64,000 bases of DNA from Octopus bimaculoides. Taxonomy: Eukaryota. Location: NCBI RefSeq assembly GCF_001194135.2, contig NC_068993.1:41245926-41309925 (forward strand). The letters are read 5' to 3'. A model generated the notes under the pieces. That model did not search any database and had not been told where the DNA came from. It saw only the letters and a list, made by a program, of their open reading frames with translations. Position 1 is the first letter of the stretch. Every line of letters starts with the position of its first letter. Below, one piece after another: positions 24,791 through 38,673 of this stretch. Made by a program: the position numbers and the translations under genes.

Positions 24791-26290
24791 TGATAATGTA
24801 ATAATATAGCTGCAAACCAATCAGAAAGTTGCTCGTGGTTGTTCGATTTCAAGGAAATGGTAATCAATTCGAATATGAGCCACTCGAAAAGCCCAGATGA
24901 TTGTTTCTTGAAAAGAAAGAAAAAAACTGTCAAGTACAAGTACTGTACTTAAGATGGTGAATGAAGTTTTTTTTATTCAGCTGAAATTATAAATGTAACG
25001 AGAAGGAAAACAAACCGTTAGCGTAAATGAAATTGTACATCAGGGGCAAAGGTGAGAGCTACAAATATATAACATTCAAACCTAAATAAGCAGTGAGAAT
25101 TGCTATGATGAGGACTTCGGATATGTTCAACTTTATTAGACCTCATCAGCTGAAAATCGTCAGCATATAACAATTGGATCACATAACTTTATTACTTTTA
25201 CTGTAAAAATAATTCACTACTTAGACAAATTAAGGACTTTGGAAAACTTGCTCTTAATTCTAATTAGTTTTCTTTTTATTATGGGCATAATTTCAAGTGA
25301 CTAGAATATATTTTCGACTCACTACCTTAAGTTTATAAACCCGTACTTAAATGCATATTATTTATGCAGAATACATACATGAAAAATGTTCCAAATGCCG
25401 TTATTTTAAATTGTCCCAATTAGAGACTCTGCTAAGTCTGTGTCTTTGGAGTCATGTGTTGGCTATGCTTCACTGAAGAGGTTTCATAAGGCAGAAGCAT
25501 ACCCGAAGTTGTCACCATATATTATGAAATGGCAGGCTAATATCACTTCCTGTGTATACATACATGTATGCAGGCTCGCACGCGCGCACGCACATACACT
25601 CACTCACACACACATACACACTCTCACACACACACACATGAATGTATCCATTTAATCTTTTTTCAATTGAAATTTTATAATTCACTTTATTTTTTAGATA
25701 AACTTTTCATTAAATAATATATTCTTCTCATTACAGGTTTCATTTCTGATGAATAGAAATTATTTTCGTCTCGCAACATTAAGTATGTTAGGCCACGCCT
25801 TACTAGATCTCTGCAGTGCAGAATGCACGGCAAGAAATATTTCCAGTATCATGAATATCAAATACTTACCTAATCGAATTCATTAACAGTTAAAAGATTG
25901 TGGAAAAAGTCATTACATTTTCCAGTCCTTGTTGGAGTGTATCAAGTTGCGTCACTCATGCCAGCTATGCCAGAATCTCCATTGCCTGACAGGTCAAAGG
26001 TTATAGGCCACACATTGACCACCTCTTCTAAGATATAAAAATGGCTTTGCGTAGTATCAACAACCCTACCGCAAATAAAACAGAGTTACAGACACATCGA
26101 TTATAACTGAAAACCAACAAAATCTAAGACAAGAAGGCCTTCCTTCAGGGAAATATATGAGGTTTAGTTGAAAGCTGGGATCATTTTCGAGAGAAGCACG
26201 GGGTCGAGAACAGTAAAGAAAAGTTATACTTATACTCTCTTGGGAACAAAGGACTTAAGGATGGAATTTGGAAGATAAGCTCTCTCTTTA

Positions 26291-26698
26291 ACTCTTTACT
26301 CTTTTACTTGTTTCAGTCATTTTGACTGTGGCCATGCTGAAGCATTGCCTTTACTCGAGTAAATCGACCCCAGGACTTATTCTTTGGATGCCTAGTACTT
26401 ATTCCATCGGTCTCTTTTGCCGAACCGCTACGTTACGGGGACGTAAACACACCACCATCGGTTGTCAAGCGATGTTGGGGGGACAAACACATACACACAT
26501 ACACAGACATACATACATATATATACATATATACGACAGGCTTCTTTCAGTTTCCGTCTACCAAATCCACTCACAAGGCTTTGGTTGGCCCGAGGCTATA
26601 GAAGAAGACACTTGCCCAAGGTGCCACGCAGTGGGAATGAACCCGGAACCATGTGGTTGGTAAGCAAGCTACTTTCCACACAGCCACTCCTGCGCCTA
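26291..26698 (-). mobile_element. Full-length SINE family A
   Basis: Complete head, short (CA/TA) linker, 3' module and (AAAGAGT)-type tail; the best-preserved copy in the window. Confidence 0.93.
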
Positions 26699-27273
26699 TA
26701 GCGTCTATTTTTTTAAAAATATTTACTGGTGTATAATATATTTATTTGAGCTGTGTATGATAACTAGTCACTGGATGTTATTTTTACCACATTGGCAACG
26801 ATTGTTTCATTTTTGTACCACAAATACCAACAACGTCTACAAGTTTACAAGCATTGCTCTTCCTGACATTAGGAGTAAAACTGCAAAGGAGAATAACATT
26901 GCTGATATACATCAGGGATCGAAACCATATGCTCTAGACAGCTCCTCAAACATTAAACAAACTGTCAGAGCTTGACAAAAATAAATAAACCCAACAGCTA
27001 CATGCAAACAACTAACCACCCACCGTGGAGCTCTCTAAATAAACAAAGGTGCGGCGATTTCCGTGAAGAGATAAGCACACAACGTTATCGCTACCATTAA
27101 TACCAGTAGAACTTGCTCGCAATTTCATAAATACTATAGCTGCCATATTTATCACTGTGCATATTTACTTACATCTGTATCAAAGATGTGAATGTTTGTA
27201 AACTTGACTTCTGAATATCTATGTGTGATAAGGTGTATTGGAACAATCACTAGCCAGTTTTTTTTTTTTCCAG

Positions 27274-27367
27274 GGATTCGATCACTACAGATGTAATATT
27301 GCGGTATCGAAGACATTAAGATTGCTTTCAGAAGTTGTCAGAAAATATTGGAACAAATATTCGAAAT
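27274..27367 (+). CDS. Candidate isolated internal exon, product unknown
   Basis: A T-tract plus CCAG acceptor, a 94-nt frame open in phase 0 (GFDHYRCNIAVSKTLRLLSEVVRKYWNKYSK) and a GTACGT donor. I recognise no homology. Confidence 0.2.
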
Positions 27368-27417
27368 GTACGTAAAATCGAATTATACAAACACACGCGC
27401 ACACAAGCATGCACAGT

Positions 27418-27456
<39 letters not shown>

Positions 27457-27996
27457 GCACAAACACGCACACACAAACACAAACAAACACAAACACACAT
27501 ACACTCACACAGATTGATGTATATATATATATATCTATGCATATGAATACATATGAGTCTATATGTGAGTATAAATACATATACATATTTATATTCCTGT
27601 AAGTGTATCAATCGCATACACACACACAGACACACACGCACACACACACAGTGTTTCCTTGAAGCAGAAAACCTTCTCAAAGTGTTACTCAAAGCTTCAC
27701 GTAACAGATCATCAGACAGCAGGCTGATAACCGGTTACGTGAAACTCCTGAATAGTCATAATCAACAGTGAAAAATGGTCGAATGTCTTCGTCACTAGAG
27801 GACAGCTGTAGACGAATGCTTCAGCCTCAGTTGGCGTCATCATCGCAACAGTTGTGTTACGAAACCAAAAACAAAAACAAGGGGGAAAATTTATGATCTA
27901 GAGTAACTTGCAATATTATAACAAAAATGAGTTTCGAGAAATAAGTAAGCAAATGCTTGATTTGGAACAAGGTCGTGTGAACATATATTGAATACT

Positions 27997-28057
<61 letters not shown>

Positions 28058-28180
28058 ATATATATTTATCTGTTTCTCGCTCTCTCTCTAATTCTCTCTC
28101 TTTATATATCTCTCTCCTTACATATATATGTGTGCATATGTGCCCCTTTCTGCATATATGGATTAGTATACATATGTATG

Positions 28181-28235
<55 letters not shown>

Positions 28236-29600
28236 GTATGTATGTATGTATATATGTATATATGTACGTACGTACATAATATCGTATGTAAGTATGTATT
28301 TATGCATGCAGGTATGGATGGATGGATGGATGTATATTGAGCAGTGTTCAAATAAACAACGAGAAATGGAAATGAATTCTTAAAGGATATAAATTTTGGA
28401 AAAAGTTAAAGGAAGGAAAAAAAAAAAAAAAAAATAATAATAGCAGAGAGAAAAAAATAACGTAAATAGAATTTAAGAGGAGAATATTGCATCATTGAAG
28501 AGAACTAGCTGAATATAAGAGCAAAAACTTAAATAAGTAATAAATGCTTATCCATAAGATAAAACAGAACAAAAAATTGCAGGACGAACAACGACAAAAA
28601 ANNNNNNNNNNNNNNNNNNNNNNNNNNNNNNNNNNNNNNNNNNNNNNNNNNNNNNNNNNNNNNNNNNNNNNNNNNNNNNNNNNNNNNNNNNNNNNNNNNN
28701 NNNNNNNNNNNNNNNNNNNNNNNNNNNNNNNNNNNNNNNNNNNNNNNNNNNNNNNNNNNNNNNNNNNNNNNNNNNNNNNNNNTATATATATAAATGTATG
28801 CATGTATATATGTATATGTATATATATTTATGGAAGAAAGCCCATGACACTGGAGTCGCCACTACTACTAGCAAGAAGAGCAGAACTGTCGCCACTACTA
28901 CTAGTATTACTATCACAAACACATCCCACGATGATCATAACTAACGAACAAAAACGATGCAAGTGCAGAGAACGAAGAAGATTAAGAAAAAAAATAAATT
29001 CAAAAAACTCTATGTAAACGCAGAGAAAACGTTATTGCAGTAACAGGAAAGCCTCAGGCAAAATGCATCAGAAATTTAAGTATAAACAACGTCGCATTCA
29101 CGCCCATATACATAAGTATACACAAACACACACACACACACACGCACACAAACACACACACACATACACACATATGCTCACACACACACACATGCTCACA
29201 CACAAACACACATACGCCTATGTAAACATTTATACATGCGCAATTATATGTGTGGGTATGTGTAAGCATGTGGAAGCACACGAATCAATATATAAATAGA
29301 AACACATATATAATGCAGACCCACAGAAGCACAGGTATATGCAAAATCTAGGATATTAGCATATCAAGATATCCATACGCATAAGCGTACACACACGCGC
29401 ACACGCACTCATATACACACGTGCATAGACACACACATATATATATAGACTTTTATGTCCATATGAATATACGCGCAGATTTCCATAAAATCCTACGCAG
29501 AACACACAGAGCCAAACAGACGCACACACATACATACAGACACACACATACACACGCACAGACGCATATATATATATATATATATATATANNNNNNNNNN

Positions 29601-29661
<61 letters not shown>

Positions 29662-30873
29662 CATTATATATATATAAAATATGGATAACAGTTTAACATA
29701 CACTAGCATATAGATGCATACATACACGCAAACACACACAGACGGTCATACACATACACACAGACACACATATGTACATATGTGCATACACGGTGTACGT
29801 GTGTGGGCTTATGTGATTTGCATGAGTGTGAATATTTGTGCATGATTGTGTGTGTATATATCTATGGATACATTGACGACCTTTTGAATAGTTTTAAGAA
29901 AACTAAATTGAAAAACAAATTCTGAGCAAAAACATAAATATTAGTATGTAAATATTTTCTCGAGATTCGTTATTCATAGATGCTTACATAAATATAACAC
30001 ACACACACACACATACACACACCCACACACACACACACACACACACACATATGGACAAACATATATGCATACATGAATATATGCACACAGTTCCATAAAG
30101 TACTTTGAAAATACAGATGCACACACACCACACACATAGACGTATGCGGAACTACACACAAACACACACACATGCATATATNNNNNNNNNNNNNNNNNNN
30201 NNNNNNNNNNNNNNNNNNNNNNNNNNNNNNNNNNNNNNNNNNNNNNNNNNNNNNNNNNNNNNNNNNNNNNNNNNNNNNNNNNNNNNNNNNNNNNNNNNNN
30301 NNNNNNNNNNNNNNNNNNNNNNNNNNNNNNNNNNNNNNNNNNNNNNNNNNNNNNNNNNNNNNNNNNNNNNNNNNNNNNNNNNNNNNNNNNNNNNNNNNNN
30401 NNNNNNNNNNNNNNNNNNNNNNNNNNNNNNNNNNNNNNNNNNNNNNNNNNNNNNNNNNNNNNNNNNNNNNNNNNNNNNNNNNNNNNNNNNNNNNNNNNNN
30501 NNNNNNNNNNNNNNNNNNNNNNNNNNNNNNNNNNNNNNNNNNNNNNNNNNNNNNNNNNNNNNNNNNNNNNNNNNNNNNNNNNNNNNNNNNNNNNNNNNNN
30601 NNNNNNNNNNNNNNNNNNNNNNNNNNNNNNNNNNNNNNNNNNNNNNNNNNNNNNNNNNNNNNNNNNNNNNNNNNNNNNNNNNNNNNNNNNNNNNNNNNNN
30701 NNNNNNNNNNNNNNNNNNNNNNNNNNNNNNNNNNNNNNNNNNNNNNNNNNNNNNNNNNNNNNNNNNNNNNNNNNNNNNNNNNNNNNNNNNNNNNNNNNNN
30801 NNNNNNNNNNNNNNNNNNNNNNNNNNNNNNNNNNNNNNNNNNNNNNNNATATATATATATATATGTATGTATT

Positions 30874-30933
30874 AGGTAGGTAGGTAGGTAGGTAGGTAGG
30901 TAGGTAGGTAGGTAGGTAGGTAGGTAGGTAGGT
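30874..30933 (+). repeat. (TAGG)n microsatellite
   Basis: Read directly from the sequence. Confidence 0.95.
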
Positions 30934-31334
30934 ACGTTTGTATGTATGCAGGTGTATATAAATATAACTGTCTATATACATGTAGTCAATGCATATATGC
31001 TGAAATTTGCCCAAGTTTTTGTTTGTTGTGCGAGATAGGACGAGAGATATATGTAGTATGCTCGTCTGTGTGAATGATAAAGTCTCTTTGCTTGGTCAGT
31101 ACCGTCACTTTGACTAGCATTGGGACAGCCACGTAGATTTTCTGGCTATCAGAAAAGAAAGAAAGGTAAACCCGAGAGAAGAAGCTGAATGCTAAATTAT
31201 ATGCTTTCTTGCAGTCTTAAGAATGAGATGAATATATTTCGAAGATCTTGAAGACTTTTTGTTTTTCATGCCTGAAAGTTAGATTATATTCTAAGAATAA
31301 TAATAATAATAAAAAAGAATATATAAATAGATAA

Positions 31335-31490
<156 letters not shown>

Positions 31491-31620
31491 ACTCATAAAC
31501 AAATAATTGAAAAAATGCAAATTGAAATGAAAAACAGAAAAATAAAATTAAAAAATTAGATAAGGGAAAAAATTAACAACAAAATAAATAAATAACTCTA
31601 CAAGATAATGCATTTCGAAA

Positions 31621-31627
31621 TGTAGTT

Positions 31628-31663
<36 letters not shown>

Positions 31664-31742
31664 ATAGTAGTAGTAGTAGTGGTAGTAGTAGTAGTAGGCC
31701 CTATTCCCACACAGTTATTATTATTATTATTATTGTTGTTGC

Positions 31743-31814
<72 letters not shown>

Positions 31815-31840
31815 CATTATTATTATTATTATTATTATTG
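31621..31840 (+). repeat. (TAG)n and (TTA)n tracts
   Basis: Read directly from the sequence. Confidence 0.95.
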
Positions 31841-32295
31841 AGTGAGAGAGCAGTGCATGCCATCAAAGTGACAACAGGGTAAAATATACGAAGCCCATTA
31901 TACCCATCATGACTACCCGTCTGATAAGGGTACACCAGGCACATGCATCACAACCATATGTGTGTGACATGATGATTTCATATCAAAGTAACCTTACAAA
32001 TGGGGTTCAGTTACAATTTTCTTCGGTTGGGGAAGTCCATCCCGCACAAAAGATCCCTGAATAAGAATTGTTTAAGGATGTTGAACGAAAGACCCATATT
32101 TCCAAAGGTGAATTTTCCAAACCCCCAAGAATTCCTCTCAATATATGGGTATGATGCTCTCCCACTATTTCGGCTCGTGATTAGAGATGCACATATCGTC
32201 AGCTACTAAGGGACATGCTCAACAGTTTAAGGTCAAACAAGTGATAAGCAAATCTGTGGTATTAAACAGAATATTTACTGTAGCCCATCTTTTTT
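31841..32295 (-). mobile_element. Unclassified TAA-tailed retroposon or LINE 3'UTR
   Basis: A 455-bp complex non-coding block that runs directly into (AAT)n on the minus strand at 31840. I recall it as an abundant octopus repeat, but no second copy is present in the window. Confidence 0.45.
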
Positions 32296-32605
32296 TATTA
32301 TTATTATTGTTCAGTAGTTTTATTTTTATAACGTGCTTTCACTTCACTACCGAGCGCAGCTCTGTGTGCCTTGGGTATGTGCTGTGGTTTGCTGTGATGC
32401 TCTTATGGTTACTGTATTGAAAGTGTTTTGCGTAGGATGTGTGCAGTGCCCAGTAGTGCAATTTTCTGCATGTTATATATATTTGTAAGTCCTGGTGTTT
32501 TCGTCTGAATATTTTTTTTATTATACCTAAGGCACCTACTATGATAGGAATTGTTCCTGCTTTTAGATTCCACATTCGAGTTACTTCTATTTCCAGGTCT
32601 TTGTA
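32296..32605 (-). mobile_element. R4/Dong-like RLE non-LTR retrotransposon 3' end with (TAA)n tail
   Basis: YKDLEIEVTRMWNLKAGTIPIIVGALGIIKK, then after a frameshift NMQKIALLGTAHILRKTLSIQ*. The 3'UTR ends in (AAT)4. Confidence 0.85.
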
Positions 32606-33149
32606 CAATAAAACAACTAAAACAAAATACAATTTAAAGTCATAAAGACCCGATAGATTACTGGTTTGGTTGAGTTAGGACATTCCACAAACCTATTCTG
32701 TTCATTTAATGATCTCCCAAACTATGTTCGAGTGCAGCAAAATTTTCCAATGACCATTTTTTCTTTTCTTTTTTTTCTTTTCTTATTTTTCTTTCATTTT
32801 TTTTTTTTTTGTGAGACATTTGGCTTTGAAACACACTGACGTTCATTTTCATGACTGAAATTTGGATTATATTCTAAATAAATGAATAATTGAAACAAAC
32901 AAATAAATAAATATAAGCTTGAACAAATAGGTGAAAATTAAAATGAAAAAAGAAAAAAATTGACAAACAGCAAAAAAAAAAAAAAATTACAGCTAAACAC
33001 AACTATAAAACAAAAAATAAAGCTATTCGCCATAGTTCAACCAAACGTCACTTGCGAGCGTGCACTGCTTTGTAAAATGAACCGTGCTTTCTTTAATTAT
33101 TAGAAATGGCTACTTAGACGCGAGCAAGCATAGCCACCTTCTCAGCTCC

Positions 33150-33340
33150 CTCTCCATTAACCCTACGGAGCATCCAGGAAAGAGAACTCCCCCAGCACTC
33201 AGTACTCTTTACAGGTGAGTAGACTGGAGCAACGTGAAATGATGTTCTTGATTGAAGCACACAAATCACCACTCCCGCTGCACGAATTGAACCCATTGCC
33301 GTATGATTATTAACCGAAAATCCTAATCATAGGTCTTCGC
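33150..33340 (-). mobile_element. SINE (family D-like core), degenerate
   Basis: GACTGGAGCAACGTGAAATGATGTTCTTG core. Confidence 0.5.
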
Positions 33341-34236
33341 TATTACTTCCTAGCATTTCACTGACTATACAAAATGCTCACAAAAGCACCAAGTGGCTCA
33401 TATCATTTCATAGTTCCGAAGATGTTCGCAGGTAGAGACTATGGTTCGTATTTGTTACATTAACAGAAGTTTAAATGGAGGCTGGAGAGTAAAATTACCG
33501 TGAAGAACCAAGAGGATGGAGAGGAGAAGGGTATAACTGCCGTGATGACACTGGCAGAGATATACAGAGACTTAGGTGTGAGGTTGGATATGATGACAGA
33601 TGTATGAAGTGAAGAAGACAGCAGGAACTAGTTCAGTATAGGACAGACGTAGTGGTGAATTAAATATAAATAAATAGACAGTGTTCATATAAACGTACAT
33701 AATGAATGATCGAGAGAGATAGATAGAGAGGAAGTGAGAGATATAGACACATAGATAGAGAGAAAGAGAAATAGAGGGAGAAAGTGAGAAAAGTACGAGA
33801 GGGGTATAAAAGCTGTCATTTGAGAATAAGAGATATAACGTCACGGAGTTTGGTAGATTAGATAGATAGATAAATAGATAGATAGATAGATAGATAGATA
33901 GTGTTTGAACGGATAATTTGAAAAATAGAGATAGAGAAAGATTGATAGTTTGATAGAGAGAGAGGTGGGGGAAGAGATGAGAGAGAGAGAAAGAGTGAGA
34001 AAGAACTAGAAGTAAAGGAGAGAAAAGTGTGAAAGGAAAGACTTAGATGATTTATGATAGGAAGACCTAGATTTTATGACACCGAAATTATATCTAGGTT
34101 TTTAGATATAATTTCTATATTTCTAAGAGATATTATATAGTTAATTTACCATGAGGTTTTTTGTTTCCAAAGCCATTGTGTAGTAGTGAAGAAACTGTTT
34201 AGTTCAAGCCACATTTAATGGATCTCTAAGACATGT

Positions 34237-34580
34237 GAAGGTGCATGACTCAGTGGTTCGAGCGTCGGGCTCACAATCATGAGATAGTGGGTTCGATTGC
34301 CGGACCGGGCTGTGTGTTGTGTTTTTGAGCAAAACACTTTATTTCACGTTGCCCCAGTTCACTCAGCTATAGAAATGCGTTGCGACATCACTGGTGCCAT
34401 ATTGTATCGGACTTCGCCTTTCCCTTGGATAACATCGATGGCGTACGGAGAGGGATTGACTGGTATGCTTGGGCAACTGCTGGTCTTCTATAAACAATCC
34501 TGCCTCGGACTTGTACCTAGGAGGGGGACGTTCATGGTGCAATCCAATGGTCATATATAACCGAGGGGGTTCTTTACCCT
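34237..34580 (+). mobile_element. Full-length tRNA-derived SINE family D
   Basis: A box TGACTCAGTGG, B box GGTTCGATTGC and core TTGTGTTTTTGAGCAAAACACTTTATTTCACG. Confidence 0.85.
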
Positions 34581-35030
34581 AAAACTAGTGGAAAGGAAAG
34601 GGGATGGGAGGGAAAAAGGCGTTCTCAAATCGCGGGACCTGACTCAAATGCTTGAAATCGTATGGATTCCGTTGAAGGGTCCAAGCTGCTACGTGGTGTT
34701 AGCAAACCGAATAGCCATGGAGGAATTTGCATTCACAATGCAAGGAGACGGAATAAATTGCCGCCAAGTATCAGATCCGATGTTCTTACAATTCTTTCAA
34801 TCAACCACCTTGGATTGTCTTTATTTTTCTTTAAAATAAAACTTTAAAAATAAATACGAATGGATGAAAGACAAAATCGCGCCCTATGGGTGCATGAACT
34901 CAGATTACAAATACCGCGTGGAGTACTGTCCGACGCTCTAACAACTTGACCAATCTACTGTTTTATATGACACTATGAATGAATGGCGTCAATTATTTCA
35001 GCCCCTGCCAGTGATAAAGTTTCTTAATAC

Positions 35031-35336
35031 CAGAGCTTTCCAAACTTTTCAAAATGGTGGTTCTGATTTTAAAAATAAAATTGTTCGTGACACATTAATT
35101 ACATTTGTTACCAAATACAAAATTAACAAAATAAATTAAAAAAAAATTAAATATCATATCACGTGTCACAAGTCTAATTAAACGCAGCGCCATTAGATCT
35201 CAAATATCCTTCAAATATCGCACAGCCGGCTTATTCATAAAAATTAAATTAAATTTGATTTGATTTCGCAGCACATCAAGAGATTATCAATCAGAAGACC
35301 ACTAAAGTTCCGCGGCACAAAGTTTAAAAACCTCTG
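35031..35336. mobile_element. hAT-type MITE (306 bp)
   Basis: TIRs CAGAGCTTTCCAAACT and AGTTTAAAAACCTCTG. The flanks CTTAATAC and CTGTATAC match at 6/8 positions, consistent with a decayed 8-bp TSD. Confidence 0.65.
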
Positions 35337-35830
35337 CTGTATACATTCACTCGATCTGCTAGAAATAACAACTTAATTTCCCTCGAATACCATCCTGTTT
35401 CCTTAGAATGACGGAACGATACACTGAGTACTTTAGTTTTTCATATACTTTGCTTGAAACAAACATAGACTGATCTCAACTAGAACAATTTTCATCATAT
35501 ATGCAGAATCTAGGTTTCCGAGGGGTTAAATAACAACACCGTCTACTATTTCAACAAAACAACACAGCAGCAGCAACATTTGCGAATGATAGAAAATATG
35601 AAACCAATTTCTTTTTGTGGAGATACGGATCCACCTACACAAATGATGTTTTTATTGTAAATGAAATTTCTGGTCATTAATAACCAATGTTAGATGTATT
35701 ATCTCTAGAAATAAATTATTATCTCTAGGAATAAATTATGAATAGATAAAACAGCGGATTTGGACAACTTGAAATGTATCGGAAGCCTTCTTTTGTATTC
35801 TAGTTGTCGGTCTATTGTGCGTTCGTGCGT

Positions 35831-35888
<58 letters not shown>

Positions 35889-36486
35889 NNNNNNNNNNNN
35901 NNNNNNNNNNNNNNNNNNNNNNNNNNNNNNNNNNNNNNNNNNNNNNNNNNNNNNNNNNNNNNNNNNNNNNNNNNNNNNNNNNNNNNNNNATATATATATA
36001 TATAATTCAAATTCATAGAAAAGCAAAGACGAAGACAGGTGTAGGAACAACAAGCAAGTGTATTAGTTAGACGCTCGGGAGAAATACATACACGCACACA
36101 CACACACGCACACACACGCGCGCACGCACACACACACACGTATATATATATGCACATATATATGCATACATACGCACATACACAAATGCATGCAGATAGA
36201 GTGATACATAGATAGATAGATAGATACGTAAATACGGCTATGTAGTGAAGAAGCTCATTTTGCAATCATGAGGTTTCGTGTTCTGTTCCACTGCTCATCA
36301 TCTTGGACAAATATATTTTACTGTTGTCACGGACCAATCAATATATGAGTATGCTTGTTTCTGTTGCCAACCGGTTTTGTTTTGTTTATGTTCCAGTTCG
36401 TTAGTAGTTCGGCAAATATATATATATATATATATACATACATACATACATACATACACACACACATATATATATATATATATATG

Positions 36487-37580
36487 CATTGGGTTGGGAA
36501 GTAAAAGTCATTTTTTTTTGTCATACAAAGAATGAACTTTAATCAATTATATATTTTCCACATTTTGCAAACTTCGAAATAAATGGTAATCTGATGGTGC
36601 AAGGTCAGGGCTATATGGTGGATGTGACATCACTTCCCAACCAAGCTCCAATAATTTTTCACGAGTTAGCAAAGACGTGTGTGGTCTAGCGTTGTCATGG
36701 TGAAAGACGATTGCTTTACGATTTGCCAATTCTCGCCGTTTTTCTTTGATTGCTTCCCCCAGTTTAATTAGTTGTTGACAGTAATCATCTGAATTGATCG
36801 TTTGGTTCCTTCGAAGCAGCTCAAAATACACAGCACCTTTGTAAACTCACCAAATTGACAGCATGAACTTTTTTATGCAATTCAGCTTTCGATGTGGATT
36901 TTGCTAGTTCATTACGCTTGGACCATGATAGATTTTGATTGATTTTATTGTAGATAATACATTTTCCATCACCAGTGATGATTCGTTTCTAAAAAGGTTG
37001 ATTTCATTGCGTTCGAGATGCATATCGCAAATATTGATTCATTGTGCTAAGTGAATCTCTTTCAATTTGCGTGGAACCTAAATATCGTGTTTCTTAACGA
37101 GTCCAAGATATTTTAAGTCATTTTTAGTTGATGTGTGTGATATAGTTAACCTCTCTGCAATCTCTCGCACAGTTATATAACAATCAAACTCAATTTTGAC
37201 TTTGATTTGGTCATCAACAACTTCTGTAGGTCGACCAGAACGTTGGTCATCTTTGAGTGAAAAATCTTCTGAACGGAATTTTAAAAACCATTTCTGATAT
37301 GTGCGTTCTGTTAAGTAATCAACACCATAAACTTCACACATGTTTTTGTGAGCCTCAAAAGCTTTCTTGCCTTTATGGAAATAAAAAAGCAAAATATGGC
37401 GAGATGTTCGTTTTTGCACTCCATGTTAAACAAAATTACGCGCAATTTGCTTCTAAAGTAAGCTAACAGTAACAGCTATCAAATGTCAAAAGGGAAAAAA
37501 TCATAGCATTGAAAAAAGTCATTCAAGAAAATCGCAACTCTATTTGCGAAAAACGAAATTACCTTCTTGCCAACCCAGTG
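36487..37580 (-). mobile_element. mariner (DD34D) element with both TIRs, 1094 bp
   Basis: TIRs CATTGGGTTGGGAAGTAAAAGTCATTTT and AAAAACGAAATTACCTTCTTGCCAACCCAGTG|TA; the interior is a transposase pseudogene. Confidence 0.95.
36539..37424 (-). pseudogene. mariner transposase pseudogene
   Basis: MECKNEH/RHILLFYFHKGK..RSGRPTE..IITGDGK..HHDNARPH..HPPYSPDLAPSDYHLF. There are 34 residues between the second and third D, plus stops, frameshifts and a deletion before GKYIID*. Confidence 0.95.
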
Positions 37581-38673
37581 TATTATATTTACAAACATAC
37601 AAACACACATACGTTACTATATNNNNNNNNNNNNNNNNNNNNNNNNNNNNNNNNNNNNNNNNNNNNNNNNNNNNNNNNNNNNNNNNNNNNNNNNNNNNNN
37701 NNNNNNNNNNNNNNNNNNNNNNNNNNNNNNNNNNNNNNNNNNNNNNNNNNNNNNNNNNNNNNNNNNNNNNNNNNNNNNNNNNNNNNNNNNNNNNNNNNNN
37801 NNNNNNNNNNNNNNNNNNNNNNNNNNNNNNNNNNNNNNNNNNNNNNNNNNNNNNNNNNNNNNNNNNNNNNNNNNNNNNNNNNNNNNNNNNNNNNNNNNNN
37901 NNNNNNNNNNNNNNNNNNNNNNNNNNNNNNNNNNNNNNNNNNNNNNNNNNNNNNNNNNNNNNNNNNNNNNNNNNNNNNNNNNNNNNNNNNNNNNNNNNNN
38001 NNNNNNNNNNNNNNNNNNNNNNNNNNNNNNNNNNNNNNNNNNNNNNNNNNNNNNNNNNNNNNNNNNNNNNNNNNNNNNNNNNNNNNNNNNNNNNNNNNNN
38101 NNNNNNNNNNNNNNNNNNNNNNNNNNNNNNNNNNNNNNNNNNNNNNNNNNNNNNNNNNNNNNNNNNNNNNNNNNNNNNNNNNNNNNNNNNNNNNNNNNNN
38201 NNNNNNNNNNNNNNNNNNNNNNNNNNNNNNNNNNNNNNNNNNNNNNNNNNNNNNNNNNNNNNNNNNNNNNNNNNNNNNNNNNNNNNNNNNNNNNNNNNNN
38301 NNNNNNNNNNNNNNNNNNNNNNNNNNNNNNNNNNNNNNNNNNNNNNNNNNNNNNNNNNNNNNNNNNNNNNNNNNNNNNNNNNNNNNNNNNNNNNNNNNNN
38401 NNNNNNNNNNNNNNNNNNNNNNNNNNNNNNNNNNNNNNNNNNNNNNNNNNNNNNNNNNNNNNNNNNNNNNNNNNNNNNNNNNNNNNNNNNNNNNNNNNNN
38501 NNNNNNNNNNNNNNNNNNNNNNNNNNNNNNNNNNNNNNNNNNNNNNNNNNNNNNNNNCACGTGGTTATTTATATATATATAAATAAAGGTTACAAACCTC
38601 ATTGAGGGAGAGCAAAATCCTATGAAACTACTGGTTAGTTATCGTATTTTATATATATTTATTTATTAAAATG

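Noticed and set aside
25868-26070. Strong minus-strand donor (AG|GTAAGT) with upstream acceptors
   Set aside because: Every frame I tried contains stops; it could only be a non-coding exon and there is no further support.
35698-35740. 20-bp tandem duplication; similar short ones at 1072-1097 and 14951-14975
   Set aside because: Ordinary slippage duplications.
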